Shown here piece after piece: positions 41,701 to 55,604 of a stretch of 64,000 nt of DNA. The translations under genes and the position numbers were made by a program. The stretch is taken from assembly GCA_002269645.1 (NCBI GenBank), contig NIVC01001312.1, positions 1 to 64,000 of the forward strand, in the 5' to 3' direction. This DNA comes from Macrostomum lignano (lineage: Eukaryota). Position 1 is the first letter of the stretch, and each line of letters opens with the position of its first letter. The notes below the pieces were generated by a model. The model worked only from the letters and a program-made list of their open reading frames with translations. It had not been told where the DNA came from and did not search any database.

Positions 41701-43594
41701 GTATTTACTGCAGCTGTCCTGTCCAAGTGGTGCTTATCAGATGAAGCTCTTACCTTAAGATCTTACGATCTTACCGTTTATGTTCGAGTTTTCTGATTCA
41801 ACTTTCGTTTGTGCTTTTGAATGGACAAATTATTTTAAGGGAAGGGCCATGACCCCCCCCTCCCCCAGTTGCACCTGCGTACGCCACTGTCGAAGTAAAA
41901 TCTTTCTGAATGCTTAATAGGCATCAGAAGGAAATTTGCTTAAATCAAGTTTTTTAGATATACCAAGACAAAGGAATCAAAGTAATCAAAATCTGTTTAT
42001 TTTTGAAAAAAATCAACATTTAGAATAGAATAGTATAATACACAATCGATTCTGAACGGCTCATACGAGTGAAAAATATCAATCCGGACACAAAGTGTTT
42101 AAAATCATTTTTCAGACAAATAATGCTTTATCTTTGCCATTGTTAAACAATTATTTTACGTTATATGTTTCATGAATTTCCTGAAATACTTAATTTTTTA
42201 TGAATCTGAGTCTTTTTTACTAATTTTTCTTTTAATCACCAATTTAGCTAGTACTGCATGGTGTTCACTTTTGTATTCAGCTCGTGTGTTTTAATAACGC
42301 ATGATAATAATCCGAACGCTCGTACATGTACATGTAATTAAAATCAACGCAGCAAATTGATAAGCTGTAAAATATTTTTACTGACGAAAATCGGTTACGC
42401 ACAAAGTTATTTTATTAAAACAAATACGCACTAGCCTACACTAATGTCTACTTTAGAGATTATGATTTTTCACTCGTAAATCGATTTATATATAAATATT
42501 TATTTTTGCTGACAGTAATATAGCACGTTCTCTAGCATAAAATATGGCTCGTACTTAAGACTTTACTCTATTCTTTACAAACTACTTTGATCAGTAATCA
42601 CATAATGGCAGCGACTGTTAGAATGAATGGAATTAATTTTTATTTCACAAAGCGGAGTCAGTCCTAAAAAATGGTTATATATTTTTATTAGGATTCAGTC
42701 AGGTCAACTGCCCACGCAAATAAACTGGAAAGCAATTAGCTACTTAATTAAAATCATAATTTTAAATTACCAATAACAATAATTCACTATCAGAAATAAA
42801 CTTAGTTGTAAAAATATTGCAAAGAAACGTATAAAACAGTAGATGATAATTTCAAAGTATTATATTTTTCCAGTTAGATTAAGAATAACAGCAGCATATA
42901 AAAAGTTGAATTCCCACGATGAAATATATAATATGAACTTTCTATACCGTCTGATTTGTTAAAATTCGATAATATTATCAGATATAACTTTAAAATAATT
43001 GAGCTCAATTCTAAGTAAAATAATTAAACAAAGAGGTATAGCACGTGCCTGCTACAACTTGATGTCAACGATCATAAAAACTTAGTTAGTGAACATCACA
43101 TGTATATATACTCTCGTAGACATAATTAACATGTTACCTCCTGCAAAAAATTCTAATTATTAATGTTAAGACTGGCAAAAAATTCAGTTTCTTAAGAAAT
43201 TATAGAAATATTTTGTTGTCACTTGTAGTTAACTATATAAGTATTATATATAGTCAGTAATGATTATATTAAGCGGTAGGTAGCTTCATGCATGTACTTT
43301 AATTTCTAGGAATTAAAAATCTATTAAAAGTAGAAATATAAACGCAAAAACGAGTTTTTGTTTAAACGAGTAAAGAAAGCAGCTCTTTAAAGCACATAAA
43401 ACCAAATAACATATAGCTACAAAACATTAGGATTTATAAAAGATACCGTTATTTTAAAGAATAATGTTACCAGCCAAACTATAAAATGAGTCTCTCATTT
43501 AAAAAAACTAGATTTTTGAGAAAATATTACATCGAACAACAGTTTAAACACTTATAGAACTCTTTTTTGGTTTCAAAAATGTTCCATATTGAGG

Positions 43595-46500
43595 TCAAAA
43601 TATCACGCAGTCCAGTGGCTGCTTCTTGGCCACTTTGGTCCAGAGCAGCTCCAGCATAAGGATGAGCAGACCGGCAACATAAAACGTCAGAGTGATAATG
43701 CAGCATCCACTGATGGCTTCAAGATTGACCGGTTCGGCATCAGAAATCCGGCTTTTGCTGCACACTGCACCGCTGGACCAATACTTTTGGAACCACCGCT
43801 GGATGAGGCCCGTCGCTTTTAGCTTCTGGAAGCTAGGTTATGGAATAAAAATATTCAGTACAAGCATATTTTAGATAGATAGATATAGATAGATAGATAG
43901 ATAGATAGATAGAACGGTGGCACTCACTGAAAGTTGAACAGATCTGCATACGGCGCGTCATCAGGAAACATGAAAGCAACCGTGCCTGTGTTAAATTGCT
44001 CGGCGGCCATGTAGAACTGGCTGCAGTTTCTCATCGCCAGCGCCAGCAAAGCCGTGTAGTCCGAGATGCAAGCCTGGTCAGGTCTTGGGGGCTTAAAGAA
44101 TGATTGGAATCGGGTATCAAGAGGTAGCATTTTTTAACAATTGATAAAAGCGTTTAATAATGAAAGATACGAACTATGCTTCTAAACGTCTCAAGCACTT
44201 ACCTTCATGGGACAATTTTCGTACGGACTGTAGACGACCATTTTATCGGCGATTTCTTTGTATATGCCCGACTTAGATTCTGTTAGCAGTGTGTACAAAT
44301 TTGTACCGTTTTGCACGTAAAGCTTGATCGACGATTGCGACAGCAAACCGCTTAGGGTGTTTATTTGCTCTTCCGTCTCCGTAGCGGTCAGATATGCAGT
44401 CAGATTGCCTATGAAATGTGTGCAGTAGGAATGATCGCTACGTCTTGAAGCAAGCTTCTTACGTCGCTTCACCCTATTGTGTTGTACTTTCTCGCAGACA
44501 GCCTGTCTGACTACCGCGGCCTCACTTGCGGTTGGGGCGGTGCTCTGAGCCTTCCTTTAGAATGATCTCTCAGAATTAAATGCAACAAAATAAGTTCTTT
44601 GGGCAGAAGGAAACCTACATGAACCTAAGTACGTACGTGTGTATTTTTAGTGAAACATGAATGCCAGTTAAATGTTTATTGTTCCTTTTAACTACGAGTG
44701 TATATGCATTAGACAACTAAATGGATAAAGCAAATATTCTCCTGTCCATTTTTCCGTCCCAGATAAACAAATCAATAGTTTACCAGCGAAACAGCCGTTT
44801 ACAATGACGGTAAAGATCCACCAAAAGGCCAGGCCTACACGAGGCGACATTGCGGAGGGATAAAAGTCTTGGCCCTGCTGCATGAAGCTGCCAATAAAAG
44901 CCCAAAAATATTCTTGTAGCCAAATCTCGTCGCCAATAGCATACTCCAGACCAAGGTTGTAGCCGGTAAATGGTGAGAAATACGCCATCAGCCAGGTAAG
45001 CAGCGCCGATACAAGCAGAGCACCAACAATGGCATACCAAACATATTCAGTGAATGGCGTGAATATATTCCACATTTTGGACTTCCTGCCCGGATTGGGC
45101 ACTAAAACGCCGTTGGATTCTTGGAACAGAGCGGCTGAGAAATCGATCACCGAAGCGCGTCCGGTAGTTTTAGTAAACGGCCCCGCTCCGATGGCGACAA
45201 TCTGTCGGAAGTTTTTGCTGACATTCATTATTTGTAGATTTCTAGACAAAATTCTAACCACTAAAATGTTTAATACTGCGTACAACACAGTGCATATAGA
45301 TGTAAATGAAAAGACAGAATGGAAACCGACAATATTAGTCGATTTCATCAATAGATGCCATACCTGCTTATGCCATCTCCAGAACTACTCCAGAAAGACA
45401 ATTAGAAACACTAATGGGCTGTGCAACCGACAGCAGATGTGCAACCGACAGCTCAGCCGCAGCTATTGCGCAGCTTATCTGAAGGTTGCGCACGGCTGTT
45501 CAGTCCAAGGACTGGGGTAGGGGGAACACACACCCTCAATTATCCAAGCTAATGCTGGTACCCAGTTAACAGCTAGGTGAACTAAAGCAATGCGTAGTTT
45601 ACTGTCTTTTTCAGGGACACAATTGTTCCCAGTGGGTCAAGAATCGAACCCCCGACCTTCCAGTCGTGAGTCCGACACTCTAACCACTAGGCTAAAACCT
45701 CCGCTGGCTCGACCCCACTGGCTACAACCGCCACTGGCTACAGCCCCCACTGGCTACAATCCACACCAGGACGAACACAGAATTTATTTCAGTCGACGCC
45801 ATCACAGTGAACGTCATGTCAATCATAGAACATCTCACTCCTCGTTGAAGCTCTCCGACGCATCCTGTGTAGTACTTCGAGTTCGGTTGGGGTGCACCCC
45901 AGCTTCCATCGTCCGGGTTCTTAGTAACGAAGCTAAAGAGTTAATGAATTTAAGCTGAGACAAACCTTCGGCCACATTAAAAACGAAATAAAAATCTTAA
46001 CATACCGGAAGTCCATCCTATCAGCAAAGTACTCGAGAATATCTAGTGTCATTCCAGTCATCTCAACGGTATTATTAGCATAAATCTTTTTAAAAACAGT
46101 CATTGGGTCGCTCTGAAAGATAGAAATTTTAAAAGCAAAACCAATTTCTCAAAAATTACCCGCAGGAAATTGTAAGACAAATATCGCAAAACTCGATTTA
46201 CCTCAGGAGTACAGGCGACAATGGTCTGGTTCTTGAACCCCATGAAGGTGTTGGGGAATGCCAAGCTGACTCCCTTGTAGCGGAACAGCTTGCTCAGAGC
46301 TCCGCTCGATGCATCGAACTGAGCCGACCTCAGCATCGAGACCGGAGACGACCACAGCTCATTGTAGGACGCAACCACTTCGACTCGTTGCGAGCTGAAG
46401 TGTCTGGTCGAGCTGTTGAACGAGATCAGGCCTCGCTGAGTGTCATAGTCGCTGATCTGCACATCGAGTAGGGATTAGGAAGAGACCAGCTCGAAACTAA

Positions 46501-48051
46501 TAATGCTTGTCAATGCTTGCTAGCTAGTGAGCTCACTCACACTCATGAGTCTGTTGAGCACAGTCGAGCCCGATGTCCAGTGGCGCAGTGGCGCACACGA
46601 GGCGTTGCCGGGAGAGAATCCCGGATCCAGCAGCGAGTCGTTGAGCGCCTTGGCCATGGCTTCTACGGCGTCTACGAAGCGAGCGTCCAGAGTCTGTCGA
46701 ATGCGACGATCGAGTGCGAGATCGAGTGCGACAGTGGCATGCGTTGCACACGTGCGGAGCTGCATGATGAATACCTGCAGCCATCAAGCAGCACACATGA
46801 AACGCTCACCCGAAGCCAGTCCGTCTGGCACTGAGGAAACACATCCATCACTGCTGCTGTGCACTCGGTGAACACGCTGCCTCTCAGCAGAGCGACGTTC
46901 GCGTTCGCCGGCGTCACGCTGAGCACATCGGCCTTGGACAGTCCGGTGTCGAGCACGAGCCAGAAGTAGTTCTGCTGCATCACTGCAGCTTCCCTGGCGA
47001 GCCTGAGCACACTGAGAGCATTGCGAGGAGAGGCGAACAGCAGCAGCTTGAACACTTTCTTCTTGACCAGCCGCTTGAGGTGGTGCACCAGGTCAGGAGT
47101 AACAGAAGCGTTGACAGTGTCGTCCACTCGGAATGTGAGACTGCTCACACCGGCAGAGGAGAGGCTGGACTGCAGGCTCTGCAGCACTGTTGTGCCTACA
47201 GTGATCAAGTATAGACTTTAGTTATGTCTGACTTTTTGAACTTTGATAGAAGAAACATTCGTAAATATACTGAAAATATTGGAGCTCTCTAGGATTTTAC
47301 TTTATTCACAGCACTCACTTTGCAGACCATCGAAGAAAACTGCCACACTGCTAACTATGGAATCTGACGTAAGGACGGTGGCGGCTGCAGCGACGATGTT
47401 TTCCGAGCTGTGGCTGCCCACGATGGTCATGTCTGAAACTTCCGCGTGATTTCATGTCGAAACCGAATACAGATAGAAATGATGGCAAGATGCCAGAAAT
47501 CGATCTCAGTTACCTTTGCTCAGCCGAGCAGAGTCGCACAGTCCAGTCGGCAGGGCGATCAGCGGCAGCTGCAGAGACTTGCTCAGTGAGCTCACTTCAT
47601 CCAGCAGAGAGCAGCTGCCGACGCCAATCAGACCTGATAGGCCGCTCTCCGAGCACACTGCGGAGCGAGACACATAGACACATGCACAGTTTCACAGCTC
47701 GCACTCACACTTGCATTCGTGCAATTCATGCTTCAATTGTGTGCATTGATTGAGCAGGTTGAGCAGACCAGCGATTGAGTCGCGTAGCAAATGCTTCAAC
47801 TCACCAGTCCTGACAGCCTGGTGTGAGCTGCACGAGCTCACATTGACATGCACATATGAGAGTGTGTGGCCCTGCAGCACTCTCCAGTTGTAGTTGACCC
47901 GTCTGGCGAAGGCGACGTCGATGAGCGAGCTGTTCAAGTTCCCGGCCTCCGTAATGATTGCGACTTTCAAGCCTAATGCGCTTGTAGATTCAGTAAGAGT
48001 CCATATCAGGCTGAGGAGATTAAGCAGTTTAGTACTTAAATGCTGCTTCAT
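43595..48051 (-). CDS. Ionotropic glutamate receptor-family paralog B (appears intact)
   Basis: ATG 48051; shared ATD; IGAGPFTKTTGRASVIDFS; SFMQQGQDF; VNGCFAGNLTAYLT; MRNC; C-terminus AKKQPLDCVIF. Confidence 0.9.
45434..45694 (-). mobile_element. CORE-like SINE (copy 3) in an intron of paralog B
   Basis: Homologous to 4265-4505. Confidence 0.6.
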
Positions 48052-48605
48052 TTCTGCTTTTTTATGTAAATGATTTTAAATATTAGCACAGCGCTATGCT
48101 TTAGTATTTTAGAACTTTTTAAATAGTGTATGGGAGGTAGAAAAATGGTTTGTGTTGAGCCCAAGTAGGACAGTTGAGTATGCTGATCTGTTTATAATCC
48201 TCAGTTTTTCCGTACTGGTAGGCATGCATGGGCGACGCTATTGGATAATTTTTTCGTTTGGTTGTAAGCTCGTAATTATCAAAATCCTTCTTTATTGGTT
48301 GAGAAAGGGCCAATATTTCTCTTTATCAGCAGTTTGATTGGGCTATCATATCAGCAACTTAGCTGCCTTTTGGCCATGAAAATGCACATTTTTGAGTTTT
48401 CGATGGATTTATTAGTCATAATCACTATTTAATTTGTTTCACGGTGATAAATGATCTATAGTCGTGTTTGTGTTTCTGTCTGCAACACTTACAATTGCTA
48501 ATATCGATTTTTACAAAAGAATTATGACTTGCTTTAAGAAGAAGGCTGACTATGGAAAAGGCTTTTCTTGGTATGGTCTTTGACTATTCAATCAACGGGT
48601 ATTGC

Positions 48606-48866
48606 CTTTGTCAGCCAAGTTGACAAGTTAAAAATTCACATTTAGCAGCAGTAGAGTTGGTCTTGCCCATAGACATAAAAATGGCGGCAAAAGGCAACCA
48701 AGTCGATGAGAGATGTTTCCACTGGCATTCTTCTTTGTGCTGATGTCTATGGCTGATTTTATCAACTTGGCACTTGTGTGCCTTTTCTGTCTATGTCTTT
48801 CTGTCTATGGTCAAGACCAATTCTACTCTGCTGCCAAATAGAAATTCTCAACTTGGTTGACAGAAG
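48606..48866. mobile_element. Small MITE-like element with ~65 bp imperfect inverted repeats (CCATAGAC/GTCTATGG inner motif)
   Basis: TTGTCAGCCAAGTTGA...GCAGTAGAGTTGGTCTTGCCCATAGAC versus GTCTATGGTCAAGACCAATTCTACTCTGC...TCAACTTGGTTGACAG. Confidence 0.6.
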
Positions 48867-49369
48867 CAATAGTGACGCATTGTATAGAGCTGCGTACCGA
48901 TGACTCAGCTTCTAAGTCACTTTTGTCGAATTCGAATTATGAATACTAAGAGGCATTTCTTCTATACGAGCGCACTGATCGTGGACTATGGGTATCTGGT
49001 GTTTTAGTTTGAGCGCATGCGGTCTGAGTAAGCTCAGAAAGCTAACTGTTGGTTTTTACAGCGTTAGAACTGGCCTCTACCCACTCTGACAATTTGTGGC
49101 AATGTGACAATAATTAATGAGAAACCGATGCAGGAGGCCTGAAATTCCATTTGCTGGGGTGGCAAATTAATAATTTACTAGATAGTGCTGTTTGCTGCAG
49201 CTCAACTGCGTAGCTTATTTTATGGGCATAGATAGAAAAAAGAAGATTTATTGATTAAATTTTAGTAAGCCCGCAGCATCTAGAGTGGCAAAAGGAACTA
49301 TATATGAAAAACGATACTCCATTAACTTAATCTAAAATAACTACGTGCGATGGATGCCTAAGCCGAAGT

Positions 49370-49694
49370 CGGAAAACTTGTTTACCTCATCGGCCAGATG
49401 GAGAATTTTGCTCATGGCTCCGGGCCAGATGAGAGTGGAAAGGAGAGGGAATGGAAGAGTAGAAGAGAGGGGAGAGAGAAGACAGAAGAGAGCAGAGTGG
49501 CGAGAGGGAGAAGAGAGGGAAGTGGGGAGAGAGGAGAGGGGAGAGAGAGGAGAGAGGGGAGAAAATAAGAGAGGCAAGGGTAGGGACATGGAGAGAGAGA
49601 AGAGAAATAGCTGAGCAGACACACAAACCTCGAGCGGGCCGGATTCTGGGGGCCGGACAGAGAGGCTTCGAGGGCCGGAGTTTGCGGACCCCTG
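49370..49694 (-). mobile_element. hAT-like element end (CAGGGGTCCGCAAACTCCGGCCC) with GA/CT-rich tract
   Basis: Same family as 4097-4255. Confidence 0.5.
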
Positions 49695-50596
49695 ACCTGA
49701 CCGATAACTATGAGTAGAGCCATGCCAAATTGTGTGCCAAATTGTGAGTTAATGAAATCGGTAAGCTTTTTTGGGACTTTGGGACAACCGTCAGCATGAA
49801 TATGAGCGTAGTTAGCTATAAAAGGAGAACAATCGATTGAGTATCTGGGTCATTTGGTAAAGACACGTGTCAAATCCTGTACACTTGTACACGTGTAGAT
49901 AGCTTCGGTTCAACACGCTGAAACGTGCTAGCAACACCCGGAAAACTAAGTTAGCTTCTCCTTGACAAAAATATATTAACAAACGGCCAAAAAAATCTTG
50001 AAGCCATCTATGACCAAAAGCTTCTCGAGGTAATCCAAAAGTCTACTGCAATGAAAACGCGATGATTTGTCTATACAGCAACGCCAGTGCCTGTCAAAAA
50101 GTATATATTGTTTCCATGTGAACACAGGCTTAACAAAAAACATAGACGAAGCAGTGAAAAGCAGAATACGGGCTAACACAACAGAAGCGCAGAGTTTCAC
50201 TTTTCCAGCATGTTAATTAAACATAAAAACCGATTAATTAGATTTTTTCTGTGTTATGAAACCAGCAAATTAGTTTAATCTCCTTATATCTGACATCAAA
50301 AGAGTTTTCATTAAAAAATCAAGTGGGATCACAATTCACGAAATTCAAGCAGCTTTTAAGCAATGATGCACAGGCTTGCCTTCTTTTTGATTAGCTAGCC
50401 TGATTAGACATTCGAGAAGAGACCAAACTAAAAAAGAAACTCAAGTAGCTTTCACCGAAATTTAAACCGGAAAGATTTAAAAAACCAATAAAGCAACAAG
50501 CACGGCATGGAAAGCACCATATTTAAGCAACAGAAATTTTTCTCAAACTAATTCCCCTAGAATGTCAAGATTAATTTTCGAAAATATTGTCTAGAA

Positions 50597-53500
50597 ATGT
50601 CTTCAATTATTTCAATCATTGTCTGTTCGCTGCTTTTCGGCAGCACTAGAGCCCTGGACCTCAAGATAGGCGTGATCACGGAGGCCGGAAGCTTGAACGG
50701 CTCGCTAATCGACGTCGCCTTCGCCAGACGGGTCAACTACAACTGGAGAGTGCTGCAGGGCCACACACTCTCATATGTGCATGTCAATGTGAGCTCGTGC
50801 AGCTCACACCAGGCTGTCAGGACTGGTGAGTTGAAGCATTTGCTACGCGACTCAATCGCTGCTCTGCTCAACCTGCTCAATCAATGCACACAATTGAAGC
50901 ATGAATTGCACGAATGCAAGTGTGAGTGCGAGCTGTGAGACTGTGCATGTGTCTGTGTGTCTCGCTCCGCAGTGTGCTCGGAAAGCGGCCTGTCAGGTCT
51001 GATTGGCGTCGGCAGCTGCTCTCTGCTGGATGAAGTGAGCTCACTGAGCAAGTCTCTGCAGCTGCCGCTGATCGCCCTGCCGACTGGACTGTGCGACTCT
51101 GCTCGGCTGAGCAAAGGTAACTGAGATCGATTTCTGACATCTTTCCATCATTTCTATCTGTATTCGGTTTCGACATGAAAACACGCGGAAGTTGCAGACA
51201 TGACCATCGTGGGCAGCCACAGCTCGGAAAACATCGTCGCTGCAGCCGCCACCGTCCTTACGTCAGATTCCATAGTTAGCAGTGTGGCAGTTTTCTTCGA
51301 TGGTCTGCAAAGTGAGTGCTGTGAATACAGTAAAATCCTAGATAGCTTCAATATTTTCAGTATATTTACGGATGTTTCTTCTATCAAAGTTCAAAAAGTC
51401 AGACATAACTAAAGTCTATACTTGATCACTGTAGGCACAACAGTGCTGCAGAACCTGCAGTCCAGTCTCTCCTCTGCCGGTGTGAGCAGTCTCACATTCC
51501 GAGTGGACGACTCTGTCAACGCTTCTGTTACTCCTGACCTGGTGCACCACCTCAAGCGGCTGGTCAAGAAGAAAGTGTTCAAGCTGCTGCTGTTCGCCTC
51601 TCCTCGCAATGCTCTCAGTGTGCTCAGGCTCGCCAGGGAAGCTGCAGTGATGCAGCAGAACTACTTCTGGCTTGTGCTCGACACCGGACTGTCCAAGGCC
51701 GATGTGCTCAGCGTGACGCCGGCGAACGCGAACGTCGCTCTGCTGAGAGGCAGCGTGTTCACCGAGTGCACAGCAGCAGTGATGGATGTTTTTCCTCAGT
51801 GCCAGACGGACTGGCTTCGGGTGAGCGCTTGATGTGTGCTGCTTGATGGCTGCAGGGATTCATCATGCAGCACCGCACGTGTGCAACGCATGCCACTGTC
51901 GCACTCGATCTCGCACTCGATCTCGCATTTGCATTCGACAGACTCTGGACGCTCGCTTCGTAGACGCCGTAGAAGCCATGGCCAAGGCGCTCAATGACTC
52001 GCTGTTGGATCCGGGATTCTCTCCCGGAAACGCCTCGTGTGCGCCACTGCGCCACTGGATATCAGGCTCGACTGTGCTCAACAGACTCATGAGTGTGAGT
52101 GAGCTCACTAGCTAGCAAGCATTGACAAGCATTATTAGTTTCGAGCTGGTCTCTTCCCAATCCTACTCGATGTGCAGATTAGCGACTATGACACTCAGCG
52201 AGGCCTGATCTCGTTCAACAGCTCGACCAGACACTTCAGCTCGCAACGAGTCGAAGTGGTCGCGTCCTACAATGAGCTGTGGTCGTCTCCGGTCTCGATG
52301 CTGAGATCGGCTCAGTTCGATGCATCGAGCGGAGCTTTGAGCAAGCAGTTCCGCTACAAGGGAGTCAGTTTGGCATTCCCGAACACCTTCATGGGGTTCA
52401 AGAACCAGACCATTGTAGTCTGTGCTCCGAAAGTAAATATTTTATGTTTTGAGCTATTTTAACGATTGATTTAACGTCTTAAATTCTTTAGGACGGTTTC
52501 TAGCTAACATTTCTTGAATTACTGTGTTTTAGACTAACCCATTGACGATGTACTCAGCGTCATACCCTAATAACACTGTTATCATTACTGGTTATACGTC
52601 GAACGTTCTCAGCACTTTAGCTTCAAAAATGGAATTTAGGTTAGTTTATACTATTTTTGTTTTTATAATGTTGCCGCTCTTGACGAACGCATGTCGCTAG
52701 AATCTAAAGTTATTGTGAAATCTCAATTACAGGTACATTGTAAAAGAACCAGACGATGGAAGTTTCGGCAGTCCGACACCAGACTCCAGCTATTTTACCG
52801 GTTGCGTTGGCGAGCTGCAGAAAGGCGTAAGTCGCTATATTACTGGGTTGTCTATTGTGCATTGAAGTCAAACATTTTATGTTCCATTTTGCTCGAATCG
52901 ACGCACAGATGGCTACCCTGGCTGCCGGACCATTTACCAAAACAACAACCCGCGACGATGTTGTTGACTTCTCCACTGCACTCTTCGAAGAGTCCAATGT
53001 TGTGCTCATTCCGAGACCCCCACGGGAGTCGAAGATTTGGAATGTTTTCAAGTCTTTTACTGTTGAGACTTGGCTTTTGATTGTTGCGTTTGTGTTTTTG
53101 TCGTCGTTTGCCACTTGGACTTTAGCATTCTTCTCACCGTTTACGGCTTACAACCTGAAGGTTGACTACTCCGTTGCCGACGAGATCTGGCTGCAGGAGT
53201 ACATCTGGAGTGCGGTAGGAAGTTTCATGCAGCAAGGCCAGGACTTTTACCCGTTCTCAATGTCACCAAGAATAACCATGGCGTTTTGGTGGATGTTCAC
53301 CGTGGTTATTTATGCGTCGTACACAGGTGAGATCAAGCTTGCAATTTTGTTTTTAATAAAACAAAAATTATAGCTCACATTAGCGTTGACCATTGCAGGC
53401 GACCTTACCGCCCATCTCACGGTAACCGTAACGGATGTCCCTATCAAAACGCTGTCGGATCTTGTTTCCCAATCTTATATTAAGCCCTACGTGGAATCCG

Positions 53501-54490
53501 GATCAAATCTGGAAACTCTTATGCTGGAAGCAAAATCAGGCATTTACAAGCAAATTGCTGAGAGGATGGTTATTATTAATGAAGTATGTACCACAGTAAG
53601 TACATGTAACTTGAAATTTTGCGTCTCAGTTTTTGTAAGCTTGTTTTCTATAATCTCAAGCAACAGCATTTTGACTCTAAAATCTTACGATCTCTTAAGA
53701 CGTGGAAGCCGGACCAGGCCTGCTTAGGGGACTACACGCCCCGGCTTGCCTCTGCAATGAGGAACTGCTCGCTGTACTACCTGGCGGAGGAGCATTTTAA
53801 CACGGCCACCATTGCGTTTGTTTATCCTGACGATGCTTTTTACGCATCACTGATGGACTTCTAGTAAGTTATTAGGTATTCTAAGAGGGATGCACGTTTT
53901 GGAAAAGTAGCAACACAAGAAAATTTCTGAAGCAGCGCCTCCTTTTGGCGTGTTTAAAACGCAAGCTGTATATGAAATCACTGAAAATAGTTTCTGGACA
54001 ATATATAGACAGTCGTAGCTTCAAGTTATTGTTACTAGTAAATATTATATTACTACTGAGAATAAGAGAGATGTAGTTTTGGGGAATTGCAGCTTTACTA
54101 CGAGTATTAAACGGAGTTTCCTTCAGCCACATGCTCTGCTAGCTCCTACTACTTTTATCTATTTATATAATAAATATCACTAAATAAAAGGCGCATTCAG
54201 CGACTAGAAGCAGCCTACTGAGCAAAATAAGAATCCAATTTATAACTTCCAGTATGCAGAAGATGCTGGAAACTGGCTTGACGCAGAGATTCTTCGCAAA
54301 CGTCTGGACAAACTACGACGCCTGCTCGTCGGGTCGCTCGACCGAGGCCGATTCTGTCAACTTGGAGGGCGCCGGCGGTTGCTTCATCATTGCACTCAGC
54401 CTGTACGGTCTGGGACTGCTGATCCTGCTGGTCGAGCTCTGCTGGACCAAGCTGGCGAAGAAGCAGCCGCTGGACTGTCGAATCTATTGA
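50597..54490 (+). CDS. Ionotropic glutamate receptor-family paralog C (appears intact)
   Basis: Signal peptide; shared ATD; LAAGPFTKTTTRDDVVDFS; SFMQQGQDF; YASYTGDLTAHLTV; MRNC; C-terminus AKKQPLDCRIY. Confidence 0.92.
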
Positions 54491-55604
54491 ATCTCAGAGG
54501 ATTCAAGTTGATTGATTTCGCAGAACTGGGTCGTTCGCAGATTACTGACCAATCATTAGCTGCAGACAACTGGTAACTGTCAGCGGTTGTTTACAGCAAA
54601 CGGTTGGAACTTAAAGTTTATCGTCAACACCACTGCAAGCAAGCACGGGGCCTACAAAACTATTTCCAGCACTGTCTATGATAAAAGGGTCGATTCAACG
54701 CAAAATTGCAACGATTCCCTTACGCAATCTTTCACTGCAATCTTTCACTGAAAGTATTGCGGCTGATACACAAAAGTACAGTGCAAAATTTACAAACTAT
54801 AGTTTTAGAACATAGCATATCAATAAATTCTTTTCTACTATTTCTTTTCAATATATTAGAATCGCTATGAAATTCTACACGCATAGCAAGTTTTCCACAC
54901 AATTTCTTAAAGTTTTTTAAAAAGTACTAAGCATCGCATTGCACAAAATTATCCAAAAATGCGTTTTTATTTACTTTTGCACTTCTCAGTTTCAATTAAA
55001 ATTAATTTTAGGCTTAACCTGGCATTAAAAATAACGAATTCCCTCAAACCGCATGAACTATCAGACTCAGCCTTTGTACAGTATCGTTTAATATCGAGTG
55101 TCTGTGCTTTAAAGCACTCATGGGCGAGGTTGAAAACATAAGAAAATCATAACAAACGTGTACCACCAACTGTGCTTTACAACGATGAGCAATTATAGCT
55201 AAGCTTTCATTTGATTTTAGCTCATGGATAATCATAATCTACTGCTCATCGTTAAGCCTACGTGCATGAAATTTGCTAGTAAATGCGAACCTTTTACTAA
55301 AATACTTTCACTACTACTGCATGTGTCCGGCTCTCGCAAGTCAGGACCGCTGTGCACCCTGTGTGAGCGTGTGTTTGAATGCGTGCTTGGCTTCGCTCTC
55401 TCAACCAGCAAATTGCCGAGACTCGAGCTCGCGACTCAGCCAGCAAAGCCGCAGCTAGCGCTGTCAATCACCACATCCAAGGCGAAGACGCTCGCCACTC
55501 TGCCGAGTCCCAGCTTCAGTCTCCGGCTATGTCTGTGGGCGAGACCGGCACTTGGTCACCGCCTCTGTCCGGCGAGGGACAGCAGATCTGCCTCCCAGAG
55601 TGTC

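Larger units (their letters stand above)
40998..41889. mobile_element. hAT-like MITE with 13 bp TIR CAGTGGCGTACGC, containing a minisatellite and a nested SINE
   Basis: CAGTGGCGTACGC at 40998 and GCGTACGCCACTG ending 41889; 8 bp flanks TTGACGTT / TCGAAGTA match at only 5/8. Confidence 0.65.
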
